A stretch of DNA of 32,000 bases from Corynebacterium amycolatum (lineage in GTDB: Bacteria > Actinomycetota > Actinomycetes > Mycobacteriales > Mycobacteriaceae): assembly GCF_049243625.1 (NCBI RefSeq), contig NZ_CP046975.1. One strand, given 5' to 3'. Below the pieces are notes generated by a model. The model saw only the letters and a program-made list of their open reading frames with translations, ran no database searches and had not been told where the DNA came from. Positions 1 to 8,440 of this stretch are shown one piece after another. How positions within the stretch are numbered: position 1 is the stretch's first letter; each line of letters starts with the position of its first letter. Position numbers and translations under genes: made by a program.

Positions 1-1
1 G

Positions 2-217
2 GAAGTTCCGTCGGCACAACAGGAGACAGAGCAAGACGAAAGCGATGAATCCAATTTCGGTGTGGACCTATCCGGCGATTCCTATGACGATTACGGGGAA
101 GATACTGCGCTGCGGCAGCGGGAATACCGGGAGATGTTGGATCAAATTCTTGCTGACGATGAGGCGACCGATTTGCTCGTCGCAAAGCTAATGAAGAAAT
201 ACGACCAGCGGGATTAG
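2..217 (+). CDS. C-terminal 71 aa of a gene cut by the window edge; strongly acidic tail, function unknown
   Basis: Frame 2 is open from nt 2 to TAG at 215-217 (EVPSAQQETEQDESDESNFGVDLSGDSYDDYGED...LVAKLMKKYDQRD*). It is absent from the ORF track because no start codon lies inside the window. Confidence 0.4.
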   Translation, partial: EVPSAQQETEQDESDESNFGVDLSGDSYDDYGEDTALRQREYREMLDQILADDEATDLLVAKLMKKYDQRD

Positions 218-232
218 AGGAGCGGTAGAGAC

Positions 233-1528
233 ATGGCATCGACGAGTACTGCGAGCAGGCATTTTGGGCACATTATTAAGGAACACACCCTTGAGGTTCC
301 CTGGGATCCTTTTACCGGGGCTGCGGATGCTGCGACATTTGAGCTCTTCGCAAGGGAGATCTATGCGCCAGGAAATGAGGACGCGCCGGCAATTGTCTAT
401 TTGCAGGGAGGTCCAGGCTTCCCGGCACCGCGTCCGGTGGGAACTAGCGGAGTAATTGGTGAGGCGCTGAAGGAATTCCGCGTGATTCTTTTGGATCAAC
501 GTGGCACGGGGCGCTCGCATCGAATTGATGCGGCCAATATTGCGGATATTCCGGGCGCGCGGCTTGCGCAATTGCGTCAGGAATACATTGTCGAAGATGC
601 GGAAGCATTGCGAAAGCATTTGGGCATTGCGAGATGGTCACTGTATGGGCAGTCCTTTGGTGGTTTTTGCATTACTTCATATCTCAGCCGCTATCCGCAA
701 TCCGTGGAGCACGCTTACCTCACGGGTGGTTTGCCCGTTCTGGATCGTGGCGCTGACGACCTTTATCGCACGACATATGCGAAGCTGCGCACCCGCCACG
801 AACGCTTTTATCGCGAATACCCGTGGGTGGAGAATCGCATTCGAGAAATCTGCGCGCACCTGGAGCAATCTGCAGAAACTCTCCCCACTGGTGAGCGTCT
901 GAGTTCTCGCCGATTCCGAACCATCGGAATTGAATTGGGCCGCGGAGATGGATTCCATAATCTGGCGTATTTGTTGGAAGAGCCATTCCACATTCGCAAT
1001 GGCGAAAAGCAATTGCGCATTGATTTCCTAGCCGATGTCGGATCCCGCGTGAGTTTCGCCGAGGGGCCGCTATACGCCGCGATTCACGAATCCATTTATG
1101 GTGGCGTCGGGGAGCAGCCCACAACTAATTGGGCAGCGCACCGCATTCGCGAGGAGATTCCAGGTTTCGAAGAAAATGCCAATCCCGCAGGTGACGAGCT
1201 GTTTTACCTCACCGGCGAGCACATTTTCCCCTGGCAATTCGACGAAGACCCTGCGCTCATTCCGTTCAAGGAAAAGGCCGAAGAATTGGCGCAGCACACC
1301 TGGGAAAACTCGCCGTATGATTCCGCGCGCTTGCTTGCCGACGCTCCGACCTCAGCAGCCGCGATTTATCTCGACGACATTTTCGTACCGTTCGATTACT
1401 CGATGGGGACAGCCAACTGCTACCGAGATCTGCGACCACATGTGACCAATGCATTCCAGCATGACGGTATTCGCCACGATGGCGCGGCAATCTTTGCGCG
1501 GCTCCGCGGGCTCGTCGAGGATCACTAG
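233..1528 (+). CDS. Alpha/beta hydrolase, S33 proline iminopeptidase / prolyl aminopeptidase family
   Basis: 431-aa ORF with GAGGAG about 9 nt upstream of the ATG. Has a GGPG oxyanion motif (LQGGPGFP) and a GxSxG nucleophile elbow (GQSFGG). Length and layout are typical of the family. Confidence 0.85.
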   Translation: MASTSTASRHFGHIIKEHTLEVPWDPFTGAADAATFELFAREIYAPGNEDAPAIVYLQGGPGFPAPRPVGTSGVIGEALKEFRVILLDQRGTGRSHRIDAANIADIPGARLAQLRQEYIVEDAEALRKHLGIARWSLYGQSFGGFCITSYLSRYPQSVEHAYLTGGLPVLDRGADDLYRTTYAKLRTRHERFYREYPWVENRIREICAHLEQSAETLPTGERLSSRRFRTIGIELGRGDGFHNLAYLLEEPFHIRNGEKQLRIDFLADVGSRVSFAEGPLYAAIHESIYGGVGEQPTTNWAAHRIREEIPGFEENANPAGDELFYLTGEHIFPWQFDEDPALIPFKEKAEELAQHTWENSPYDSARLLADAPTSAAAIYLDDIFVPFDYSMGTANCYRDLRPHVTNAFQHDGIRHDGAAIFARLRGLVEDH

Positions 1529-1574
1529 GCGAGTATCCGAGCGCTGAGTCTTAGCGCGGTGAGCTCGACCGAGC

Positions 1575-3419
1575 CTAGACCTCTGCGCGCGCAAGTCGAG
1601 CAAAGGCGCCGTCGGCGCGCAAGAGGTTGTCATAAGTGCCGCACTCGATGAGTTGGCCGTTTTCGATGACCAGGATGTCATCGGCCTCGGTCAGAGTCTG
1701 AAGCCGGTGTGCAATGAAGATGCAGGTCGCGCCACATGCGCGGGCATTGTCGACGATACGAGCCTGCGTCAGTGGATCCTGGTGGCTGGTGGCTTCGTCG
1801 AAAATGACAATCTTTCCGGCGAGGTTGGCACCGGGGCCGTTGGGCACGGAACCGTCGGCAAGTACCGCGCGTAAGTAGGTGCGAGCCAGCGCCAGACGTT
1901 GACGCTGACCACCGCTAAGCCGCTGCGCGCGGCGGCCAATGGGCCTATCCAGCGGTAGCTCAGCAGGGTTGATGGCAGCGAGTTCGAGTGCCCAGTGCAT
2001 CAGCGATTCGGGAACCTCGCAGCCATCAGGTGCGCCGAGACACAAGTTCTCAGCGACAGTGGCCTCCATGAGAAAAGGATTCTGATCTGCGACAACAACA
2101 GCTCGGCAGACATTGGTTGAGCCGAGGTCACGGGCATTGTGACCATTGATGATGACCTCTCCCGCATCCGGATCGACATGCCGTTGGATTAGCCGGGAAA
2201 GCGTGGACTTGCCCGAACCGGTGGGGCCGACCACACCGATGAACTGGCCTGTGGCAATGCGCAGATTGATCTTGGTCAGCGCACGGTTATCGGCGCCAGG
2301 GTAGTGATAGCTGACATCGCTCAGTTCGAGGGCAGGGACAGGGTCGGCGGAGTTGGCCCGGGCGCCCTGCGCATGTCGCGGTTCAAACTGATTCGGCATC
2401 TCCAGCTGCTCCGGCTGCCGCGGTTCTTCCACAGTCGGTGGCTGCGCGGCCAGCTCCCTAATCCGAGTGACTGCATTGAGCCCTGCTGGCAGAGAAGATG
2501 CCAGGCGCTCGATCGAATCCATCGATGCAGCTGTTCCCGCCACCAGGGACGTCGCCACCAAAACTGCGGGCAGCATGCGGTGATCGGCTGAAAGCGCCGG
2601 GATACCAGCACAAAAGACAGCGATGCTGCCGCCCCAAATCCGAAGCCCAGTCGCACCAGAGCGCAGTCCAGCCCGCTTGCCGCCTGCACGCATCTTCTGG
2701 GTGAGCTGCTCGTCGAGCTCGCGCAGTCCCCGCAGCCGCTGCTCGGCTGCGCCGTAGATGAGGATTTCCTCCCGAAGTCGCAGTGTATCGGCGATATACT
2801 GCGCAACTTCCGTGCGTGTGGAGTTCGTTGCGGAGGCCTCCGCCGTCGTCTTCTTAGCGCCTGCGAGCGCAATCACAAAGCCAACCGCAAAGGTCAGTGC
2901 CAGAACAATCGTAGGCAGTGCTCCGGCAGTCAATGACGCTGTCACGACTGCCAGCAGAGGAATTAATACGGCCGTCACCGCAGGCGCAATTGTGTGCGCA
3001 AAGAAGACTTCCACACGGTCAACATCACGAATCGCAATCGTGTGGATCCTGGCAGTACCCAGCCCATCGGTTATCGCGGGCGCCTGCGGGATAAGGCGCT
3101 CGACGATCCACAGTCGCAGCTCGCCGAGCAGCTGAAATGCCGCCAAATGTCCGAGGTACTGCTCGACATACCGCAGAATCGCTTTCAGCAGCGCCAGCCC
3201 CGCAATCACGCCAATGACCGCCCAGGTCCACGTCATGCCCTTGCTTTGCGACGAGCCGGTTGCGTCCCACTTCAACAGCGCAATTGTGGCAATTGCCCAG
3301 GCAGGCACGGCCAGCATTAATGCACCCAGTATGTGCCCAACCACGCGTGCGAGGATAGATGCGCTGAGCGCCCCGCGAGCCTGTGCGGAAAAGCGCAGCA
3401 ACCAGATGATGTTGTTCAT
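1575..3419 (-). CDS. ABC transporter, fused permease/ATP-binding half-transporter, CydC-like (exporter fold)
   Basis: 614-aa ORF with an N-terminal multi-TM domain carrying the CydC-like LRYVEQYLGHLAAF segment. Walker A is GPTGSGKST, signature is LSGGQRQRL, Walker B is IVIFDEAT. Its ATG (3419) lies 1 nt after the stop of the upstream gene. Confidence 0.85.
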   Translation of the reverse strand: MNNIIWLLRFSAQARGALSASILARVVGHILGALMLAVPAWAIATIALLKWDATGSSQSKGMTWTWAVIGVIAGLALLKAILRYVEQYLGHLAAFQLLGELRLWIVERLIPQAPAITDGLGTARIHTIAIRDVDRVEVFFAHTIAPAVTAVLIPLLAVVTASLTAGALPTIVLALTFAVGFVIALAGAKKTTAEASATNSTRTEVAQYIADTLRLREEILIYGAAEQRLRGLRELDEQLTQKMRAGGKRAGLRSGATGLRIWGGSIAVFCAGIPALSADHRMLPAVLVATSLVAGTAASMDSIERLASSLPAGLNAVTRIRELAAQPPTVEEPRQPEQLEMPNQFEPRHAQGARANSADPVPALELSDVSYHYPGADNRALTKINLRIATGQFIGVVGPTGSGKSTLSRLIQRHVDPDAGEVIINGHNARDLGSTNVCRAVVVADQNPFLMEATVAENLCLGAPDGCEVPESLMHWALELAAINPAELPLDRPIGRRAQRLSGGQRQRLALARTYLRAVLADGSVPNGPGANLAGKIVIFDEATSHQDPLTQARIVDNARACGATCIFIAHRLQTLTEADDILVIENGQLIECGTYDNLLRADGAFARLARAEV

Positions 3420-3420
3420 G

Positions 3421-5253
3421 TCAGCTCTCCTCGGTCAGCGCCCGTGCGTAATACTCATTGCTTGTGCTCAATTCGTCGGGTTTGCCCGCAGCCACAATCC
3501 GGCCTTCAGCGACGACAATGACCAGGTCAACGTCCGATAGTGCCTCCATTCGGTGAGCGACCATGATGCTCGTGCGACCTTCAGCGAGGCGGGTCAAGGA
3601 CTCCTTGATGAGACCTTCCGTCCGGCGATCGATGTCCGCTGTCGGCTCGTCGAGAAGCACAATCGGAGCAGTACCGAGCAGACCACGCGCAATGGCCAGG
3701 CGGCGTCGTTGCCCGCCCGAGAGCCAATTGCCCTGATCGCCGACTTCCGAATCGAGACCACCAGGGCGCTGTTCGATTTCGGTGAGTAAGTGCACGTCGC
3801 GAAGTGCTTTTCGCATATCGACGGCCGTTGCGTCCGGGCATGCGATGCGAAGATTGTCCGCGACGGTGGTGCCGAAAATGGCTGGTTGCTGGGAGATGAG
3901 TAGCGAGTTGGCGAGCAACTCCGGGGTTGAAAGAGCGTGGCCGTCGAGGGAGACTTCCCCGGAATGTGGCTGCAGGCCTGCGAGTACACGCAGGAGTGTG
4001 CTTTTTCCGGAACCGCTGGGGCCAACGATGCCGACTCTGCTGCCGGCTGGAATTGTCAGGTTGATATCGGAGAGAATGCGCTTTTCGCCGATGTCAACGC
4101 TGACATCGCGGAGGGAAATCTCCGGTGCGTGCTGTGCGTGCGGTGCCTGCGGCGCGGAGGCATCGGTGGAATGCGCTGTTGCGGCTGTGGACGCTTCAGC
4201 TGGAGGTTCACCGAACATCTCCACAATTCCATTTCGATGGGTGCGTCCACCGAGTCCGATGTAGAAGGTCCGACCGACACGATTAACGGGCTCGTAGAGC
4301 AGAACGGATAGAAAAACACCTGCGAGAGCAGTGCCTACGCTGATTGCGCCGGCCTGTAAACGCAGCAGGACAAGGCCGATTGCTGTAGTCGACATTGCAA
4401 TTCCAAAAACAGCATCGTTGACAATAATCATCAGCTGATTGCGGGCGAGCAGGGCGGTGAGCTCAGCCATCGCGGTGCGAGTTTGGCTGGCAAAACGCGT
4501 CATGACCCGGTCAATTGCTCCAAGAACTTTGAATGTGCCCAGCCCTTCGAGCATTTCCAAATACGCATGTGTGGCCTTCGCTTGCTTTCGGCGATACGTC
4601 GCATTGGATTTCCGCAGGATTTTTCCAGCCCCAATAATGATCAACGGCGTGGAAATGAAAAATAGTGCCAGCCACAAGGCGGTTTTCGTATCCACCCACA
4701 AAGCCCAGACCACCAAAATAATCAGTGGAGCACTAAACGAGGCCAACGTGGGAGCGAGAAATGTCGCTCGGTAATTCGCGGTCTGTTCGACGCTTGCGGT
4801 CGCTGCATCGAAGAGTAGGCCCTCGCCAGTGTTAGAGGCGCTTCGGTGTGCGTGACCGGATTTCCCGCCACCGTGCCCTTTTCCATGTGCGTGCTTCGTG
4901 GCCTGTTCAGGAGCAGAAAACTCCGGCTTCAGCACACTGCCAACCACATGCGAGCGCCACAGCTTTTCCTGCTCCCCAGCTAGCCGTGGTGGTAGTGCCT
5001 CGGTGACATAAGCACAGAGGCTTCCTAGAATGACCGCCACAATTGTAGCGGCCAGGGATTCATGAAGCCCCCAATCCCCAAACCAATTGCCGCCACTGGT
5101 GAATGTCATACCGCCGTGCAAACTGCTGAGAGCATCGAGCGCGTGTCCAAGAGACACGGCACTGAGAGCGAAGGAAAAGCTACGCCCCCAGCTGGATAAC
5201 AAAACCCAGTGCATTCCGCGGGGAGGCGAAGTCAGTGCTTCATGAATCCACAT
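3421..5253 (-). CDS. ABC transporter, fused permease/ATP-binding half-transporter, CydD-like (exporter fold), with His-rich insertion
   Basis: 610-aa ORF with an N-terminal TM domain. Walker A is GPSGSGKST, signature is LSGGQRRRL, Walker B is VLLDEPT. Starts 20 nt downstream of the SBP gene. Start codon choice (5253 versus Met14 at 5214) is not resolved. Confidence 0.85.
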   Translation of the reverse strand: MWIHEALTSPPRGMHWVLLSSWGRSFSFALSAVSLGHALDALSSLHGGMTFTSGGNWFGDWGLHESLAATIVAVILGSLCAYVTEALPPRLAGEQEKLWRSHVVGSVLKPEFSAPEQATKHAHGKGHGGGKSGHAHRSASNTGEGLLFDAATASVEQTANYRATFLAPTLASFSAPLIILVVWALWVDTKTALWLALFFISTPLIIIGAGKILRKSNATYRRKQAKATHAYLEMLEGLGTFKVLGAIDRVMTRFASQTRTAMAELTALLARNQLMIIVNDAVFGIAMSTTAIGLVLLRLQAGAISVGTALAGVFLSVLLYEPVNRVGRTFYIGLGGRTHRNGIVEMFGEPPAEASTAATAHSTDASAPQAPHAQHAPEISLRDVSVDIGEKRILSDINLTIPAGSRVGIVGPSGSGKSTLLRVLAGLQPHSGEVSLDGHALSTPELLANSLLISQQPAIFGTTVADNLRIACPDATAVDMRKALRDVHLLTEIEQRPGGLDSEVGDQGNWLSGGQRRRLAIARGLLGTAPIVLLDEPTADIDRRTEGLIKESLTRLAEGRTSIMVAHRMEALSDVDLVIVVAEGRIVAAGKPDELSTSNEYYARALTEES

Positions 5254-5273
5254 AGCGACGTGAAACCTATCTT

Positions 5274-6299
5274 CTATTTAGCCAGCGCGTCAGCGATCTC
5301 ACGCAGTCCATCGGGCATGTGCATTCCGGCGGTGCCAGAGGTCGTCTTCGCATCGATCAGTTGCACTCGATCATTCTTGACCGCAGCGACGTCGGCAAGC
5401 GCCGGATTATCCAGCAACTCCTGGAATGGAGCCTTGCCCTGTCCGTGGAAATCCTGAATCAAAATGACATCCGGATTGAGCTGCACAATTGTCTCCGGAT
5501 CAGCGGGAACGGCACCCGGGCGCTTGCCCTTTGGCGAAATCGGCTCGCCACCGGCCAGCTCAACGAGATTCGTCGTCGCCGACTGCATTCCCATAATCAT
5601 CTTCTGACCACCGCGGGCAAACAGGACCAGCGTTTTTGGCTTAGTTGTGGAATCAATTCCCGAGAGAATCTCTTCGGTTTCCGATTCAATCTTGGCAACC
5701 ATTTCGGCCGCTTTGTCCTCAGCTCCCAGCAACTTGCCGAGCGTGGTCACCGATTCTGCCAGCGCCTTCGGCGAAGCGAAATCACTGCTGGAAAACGCAG
5801 CGGTCGGAACATCGCTGGCGCCCAGCAGCTTGCTTGCCGACTGCTCCTGATCATGGCGGCTAGTCATCAACACCATGTCCGGCTCATAGGACAGAATCTG
5901 CTCCGGATCCGGCTTCGTGGAGTTGGCAATTGCATTAGGCACCTTACGCGCCAGCTCAACCTGATTACCAGAGGTCTCATCGAGCGCGTTCTTCGTCACC
6001 GCGACGACACGCTCTGGCCCAACCAGTTCCAGCGCCAGATCTGCAACCTCGGTCGACAGTGCAACGATGCGCTTCGGCTGACTCTGCACCGTAACGTCAT
6101 GGTCGCCGACTGTCACAGTCCGCGGCCACTGCGCCTGCTGGTTTGTCGAAGTTTCGCTTGACGACGGCTGCTGCGACGCCTCCTCCGAAGAGGAACAGGC
6201 GACGACCGCAGCGAGTGGGAGCGCTGCAATCAACGGCAGAGCGAAGGCCTTTTTAGAGTTTCGCTTCAAGGCAGAGATAGGAGAAGTTGGTGAAAACAC
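5274..6299 (-). CDS. ABC substrate-binding lipoprotein, siderophore/heme/B12 type (Peripla_BP_2-like)
   Basis: 341-aa ORF with a GTG start preceded by AAGGAAG. Has a signal peptide with lipobox AVVAC followed by a Ser/Glu-rich linker. The body resembles FecB/FhuD/BtuF-class binding proteins. Confidence 0.85.
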   Translation of the reverse strand: MFSPTSPISALKRNSKKAFALPLIAALPLAAVVACSSSEEASQQPSSSETSTNQQAQWPRTVTVGDHDVTVQSQPKRIVALSTEVADLALELVGPERVVAVTKNALDETSGNQVELARKVPNAIANSTKPDPEQILSYEPDMVLMTSRHDQEQSASKLLGASDVPTAAFSSSDFASPKALAESVTTLGKLLGAEDKAAEMVAKIESETEEILSGIDSTTKPKTLVLFARGGQKMIMGMQSATTNLVELAGGEPISPKGKRPGAVPADPETIVQLNPDVILIQDFHGQGKAPFQELLDNPALADVAAVKNDRVQLIDAKTTSGTAGMHMPDGLREIADALAK

Positions 6300-6366
6300 G
6301 AAAGTACTTCCTTGAATGTTGAGTTTTGATTGTCGGGAAAGTTTTCAGTTGCGTTATCGCTAGCTG

Positions 6367-6422
6367 GAATCAGTCAGTCTGAATCAGTCAGTCTGAATCA
6401 GTTAGCCGCAATCAGTCAGCCG
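6367..6422. repeat. Four tandem copies of a 14-bp unit (GAATCAGTCAGTCT x2, GAATCAGTTAGCCG, CAATCAGTCAGCCG)
   Basis: Read directly from the sequence. Copies lie at 6367-6380, 6381-6394, 6395-6408 and 6409-6422. The last copy contains the ATPase stop codon (6412-6414). Confidence 0.9.
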
Positions 6423-7272
6423 GGCGAGCCCGAGCCAACGCCGTCACTCGCACCGAACCGGTATGCGGATCGGTATCGACAGCGCTGGAGATGCGATAAA
6501 TCGCATCTATTCGGGGAGGTGTTAGCACCGCTTCGGCGGAACCAGTGACTTCCAATCCGCCGTTGTGAATCACACTGAGCCGGTGGCAGCTGCGGGCAGC
6601 GAGGTTGAGGTCATGAAGGACGACTCCGATACCGTGGCCTTCGTCGGCAAGCTCGCCGACGAGCTCGAGGATTTCCAGCTGAAACCCGATGTCCAAGGCT
6701 GCAGTGGGTTCGTCGAAAAGCATGACCTTGGCCTGTTGTGCCAATAGCTTTGCGATGAACACCAATTGCCGCTGCCCGCCGGACAGAGCCGTGATAGGGC
6801 GGTCGGCGAGTGCGGTGACACCAACGCGGTCTAGCGCGTAGGCGACGATGTCGTGGTCCGTGGAGTTTAGTGAGCTGCGGAAACGGTCACGCCGACGGTG
6901 GTGCGCGTACCTGCCGAGTGCCACGACAGTTCGAACGTCAATAGCAGCATCGGCCGGTGTGTGCTGTGGCAGGTACGCCAATCGAGTGGCGCGTTCGTGG
7001 GCACGAAGCTTCGTCAGCGGCGTGCCGAGGAGCTCAACCTGCCCCAAACTCGGTGTCACAATGCCAGCCATAGCACGGAGCAAGGAGGATTTTCCGGTGC
7101 CGTTGGAGCCGATGATGCCGTGGACTTCGCCAGGTCGAATAGCAAGGTTCACGCCACTTACGACGGTCCGATTGCGGTAACCGACACTGAGGTCGGTAGC
7201 CCGCAGCAGCGCGGTGCTGTCGGTGTCTGGCTTAGTGACGTGGTCAGTGAGATTTTGCGTCTGCTGACTCAT
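6412..7272 (-). CDS. ABC importer ATP-binding protein (FepC/FecE/HmuV type)
   Basis: The track ORF 6412..7701 is over-extended into the permease gene. An internal ATG at 7272 (MSQQTQNL...) forms an ATGA overlap with the permease stop (7269-7271). Walker A is GSNGTGKSS, signature is LSGGQRQ, Walker B is MLFDEPT. Product is 286 aa. Confidence 0.9.
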   Translation of the reverse strand: MSQQTQNLTDHVTKPDTDSTALLRATDLSVGYRNRTVVSGVNLAIRPGEVHGIIGSNGTGKSSLLRAMAGIVTPSLGQVELLGTPLTKLRAHERATRLAYLPQHTPADAAIDVRTVVALGRYAHHRRRDRFRSSLNSTDHDIVAYALDRVGVTALADRPITALSGGQRQLVFIAKLLAQQAKVMLFDEPTAALDIGFQLEILELVGELADEGHGIGVVLHDLNLAARSCHRLSVIHNGGLEVTGSAEAVLTPPRIDAIYRISSAVDTDPHTGSVRVTALARARPAD

Positions 7273-8366
7273 GACTGGCGACCACCTTGCCGAAGAATCA
7301 ACGCGAGTAGCGCAGGTGCGCCAAGGAACGCGGTGACTGTGCCAGTTTGCAGAGCAACTGGGGAAAAGAGACTGCGGGCGACGAGGTCGGCGAGAATGAG
7401 AAACACTGCGCCGAGGCACATAGAAATGGGCAGCAGGCTGCGGTGATCGGGGCCGATGGCAAGGCGAATCAGGTGCGGGACGACCAATCCGACAAAGGAA
7501 ATAACGCCAGTGACAGCGACGCCCGCTGCCGTGACTAAAGCAGCCAGGGCGAGTAGCAGTTGCCGGATCCAGACTGTGCGCATACCAGTGGCAGCGGCCT
7601 GTTCTTCGCCGAGGAGGAGCAGGTTGAGTTCGGGAATGAGCATCATCAAGATAACCGTGCCGACGGTAATGGGGCCGACTGCTAGCGCAATGTCCTGCCA
7701 ATTGGCAGCAGTTAAATCGCCGTTGAGCCAGAACATGGCCTGTTGTGCGTCATCACTGTGTGGTGCGTTTGCGATGGTGGCGGCGATGACTGCGCCGAGG
7801 AATGCGTTGAGTGCAATACCGACGAGCAACAGGGTGGCTCCGCTGCCGCCATTGAGACCGGCGACGATCTGGACAAATATGACAGCCAGCAACGCGCCTA
7901 TGAACGCGCCTGCCGAGAGAACCCACGGCGCTTTCGCGGCCACGCCAGTGACGATGAGAATAACGGCTACCACTGCTGCACCGGAGGAGACACCGGTAAC
8001 ACCGGGTTCCGCCAGTGGATTGCGAAAGACTGCCTGCATGGTTGCGCCTGCGACAGCGAGCGAGGCGCCGGCCAGTCCCGCAAGGAGGACGCGCGGTAGT
8101 CGAATGCTCCAGACAAGTGATTGCGTGGCAGGGGATATCTCTGGCAGAAGGTGGTTGAGAGCTGGGAGGTCGTCGGAAAGCGTATTGATGAGCGGAGTGA
8201 GCAGTGCGACGATGCCGTTGCTGAAACCGGTTCCCGCGGGGCCGATGGAGATCGCCAAGAGGATTGTGGCGGGGACGGCCAGGAAAAACAGAAAGCCGAA
8301 GAGCCGGGATCGAAGTTTTTGGTTTCGAGGACGCGGAAGAGAAGCTCTATCGACAATAGTTTTCAC
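7269..8366 (-). CDS. FecCD-family ABC importer permease
   Basis: Polytopic membrane protein with the typical FecCD layout. I place the start at the in-frame GTG at 8366 (365 aa) rather than the track start GTG at 8456. The 8367-8456 segment contains a promoter, operator-like boxes and half of a terminator hairpin. The start remains uncertain. Confidence 0.8.
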   Translation of the reverse strand: MKTIVDRASLPRPRNQKLRSRLFGFLFFLAVPATILLAISIGPAGTGFSNGIVALLTPLINTLSDDLPALNHLLPEISPATQSLVWSIRLPRVLLAGLAGASLAVAGATMQAVFRNPLAEPGVTGVSSGAAVVAVILIVTGVAAKAPWVLSAGAFIGALLAVIFVQIVAGLNGGSGATLLLVGIALNAFLGAVIAATIANAPHSDDAQQAMFWLNGDLTAANWQDIALAVGPITVGTVILMMLIPELNLLLLGEEQAAATGMRTVWIRQLLLALAALVTAAGVAVTGVISFVGLVVPHLIRLAIGPDHRSLLPISMCLGAVFLILADLVARSLFSPVALQTGTVTAFLGAPALLALILRQGGRQS

Positions 8367-8402
8367 TTGGCTAATGATGGACAATGTGAAAATAATTGTC
8401 AA
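8351..8402 (-). promoter_or_regulatory. Predicted leaderless promoter with two metalloregulator-type boxes. Promoter: -35 TTGACA at 8402-8397, 17-nt spacer, -10 CATCAT at 8379-8374. Boxes: 8387-8401 TGAAAATAATTGTCA and 8351-8365 CGACAATAGTTTTCA.
   Basis: Hexamers, spacing and the 7-nt distance from the -10 to GTG 8366 were read from the sequence. The two 15-mers are inverted copies of one pseudo-palindrome. Confidence 0.5.
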
Positions 8403-8440
8403 TAAAGGCGCGTCAGCGGTCCTGTGGGATCTCCTAAGGA

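Noticed and set aside
5319-6161. 280-aa plus-strand ORF
   Set aside because: It is antisense to the PBP lipoprotein gene. It is Arg/Leu/Gln-rich with no recognisable domain, so it is a shadow ORF.
6367-6422. Possibility that the short tandem repeats are a CRISPR array
   Set aside because: The units are 14 bp and directly abutting with no spacers. There are only four copies and no cas genes, so this is a simple tandem repeat.
7273-7701. N-terminal 143 codons of track ORF 6412..7701
   Set aside because: This part overlaps the permease gene out of frame and is Arg/Pro/His-rich nonsense. The real ATPase starts at ATG 7272, with an ATGA overlap and a normal N-terminus before the Walker A motif.
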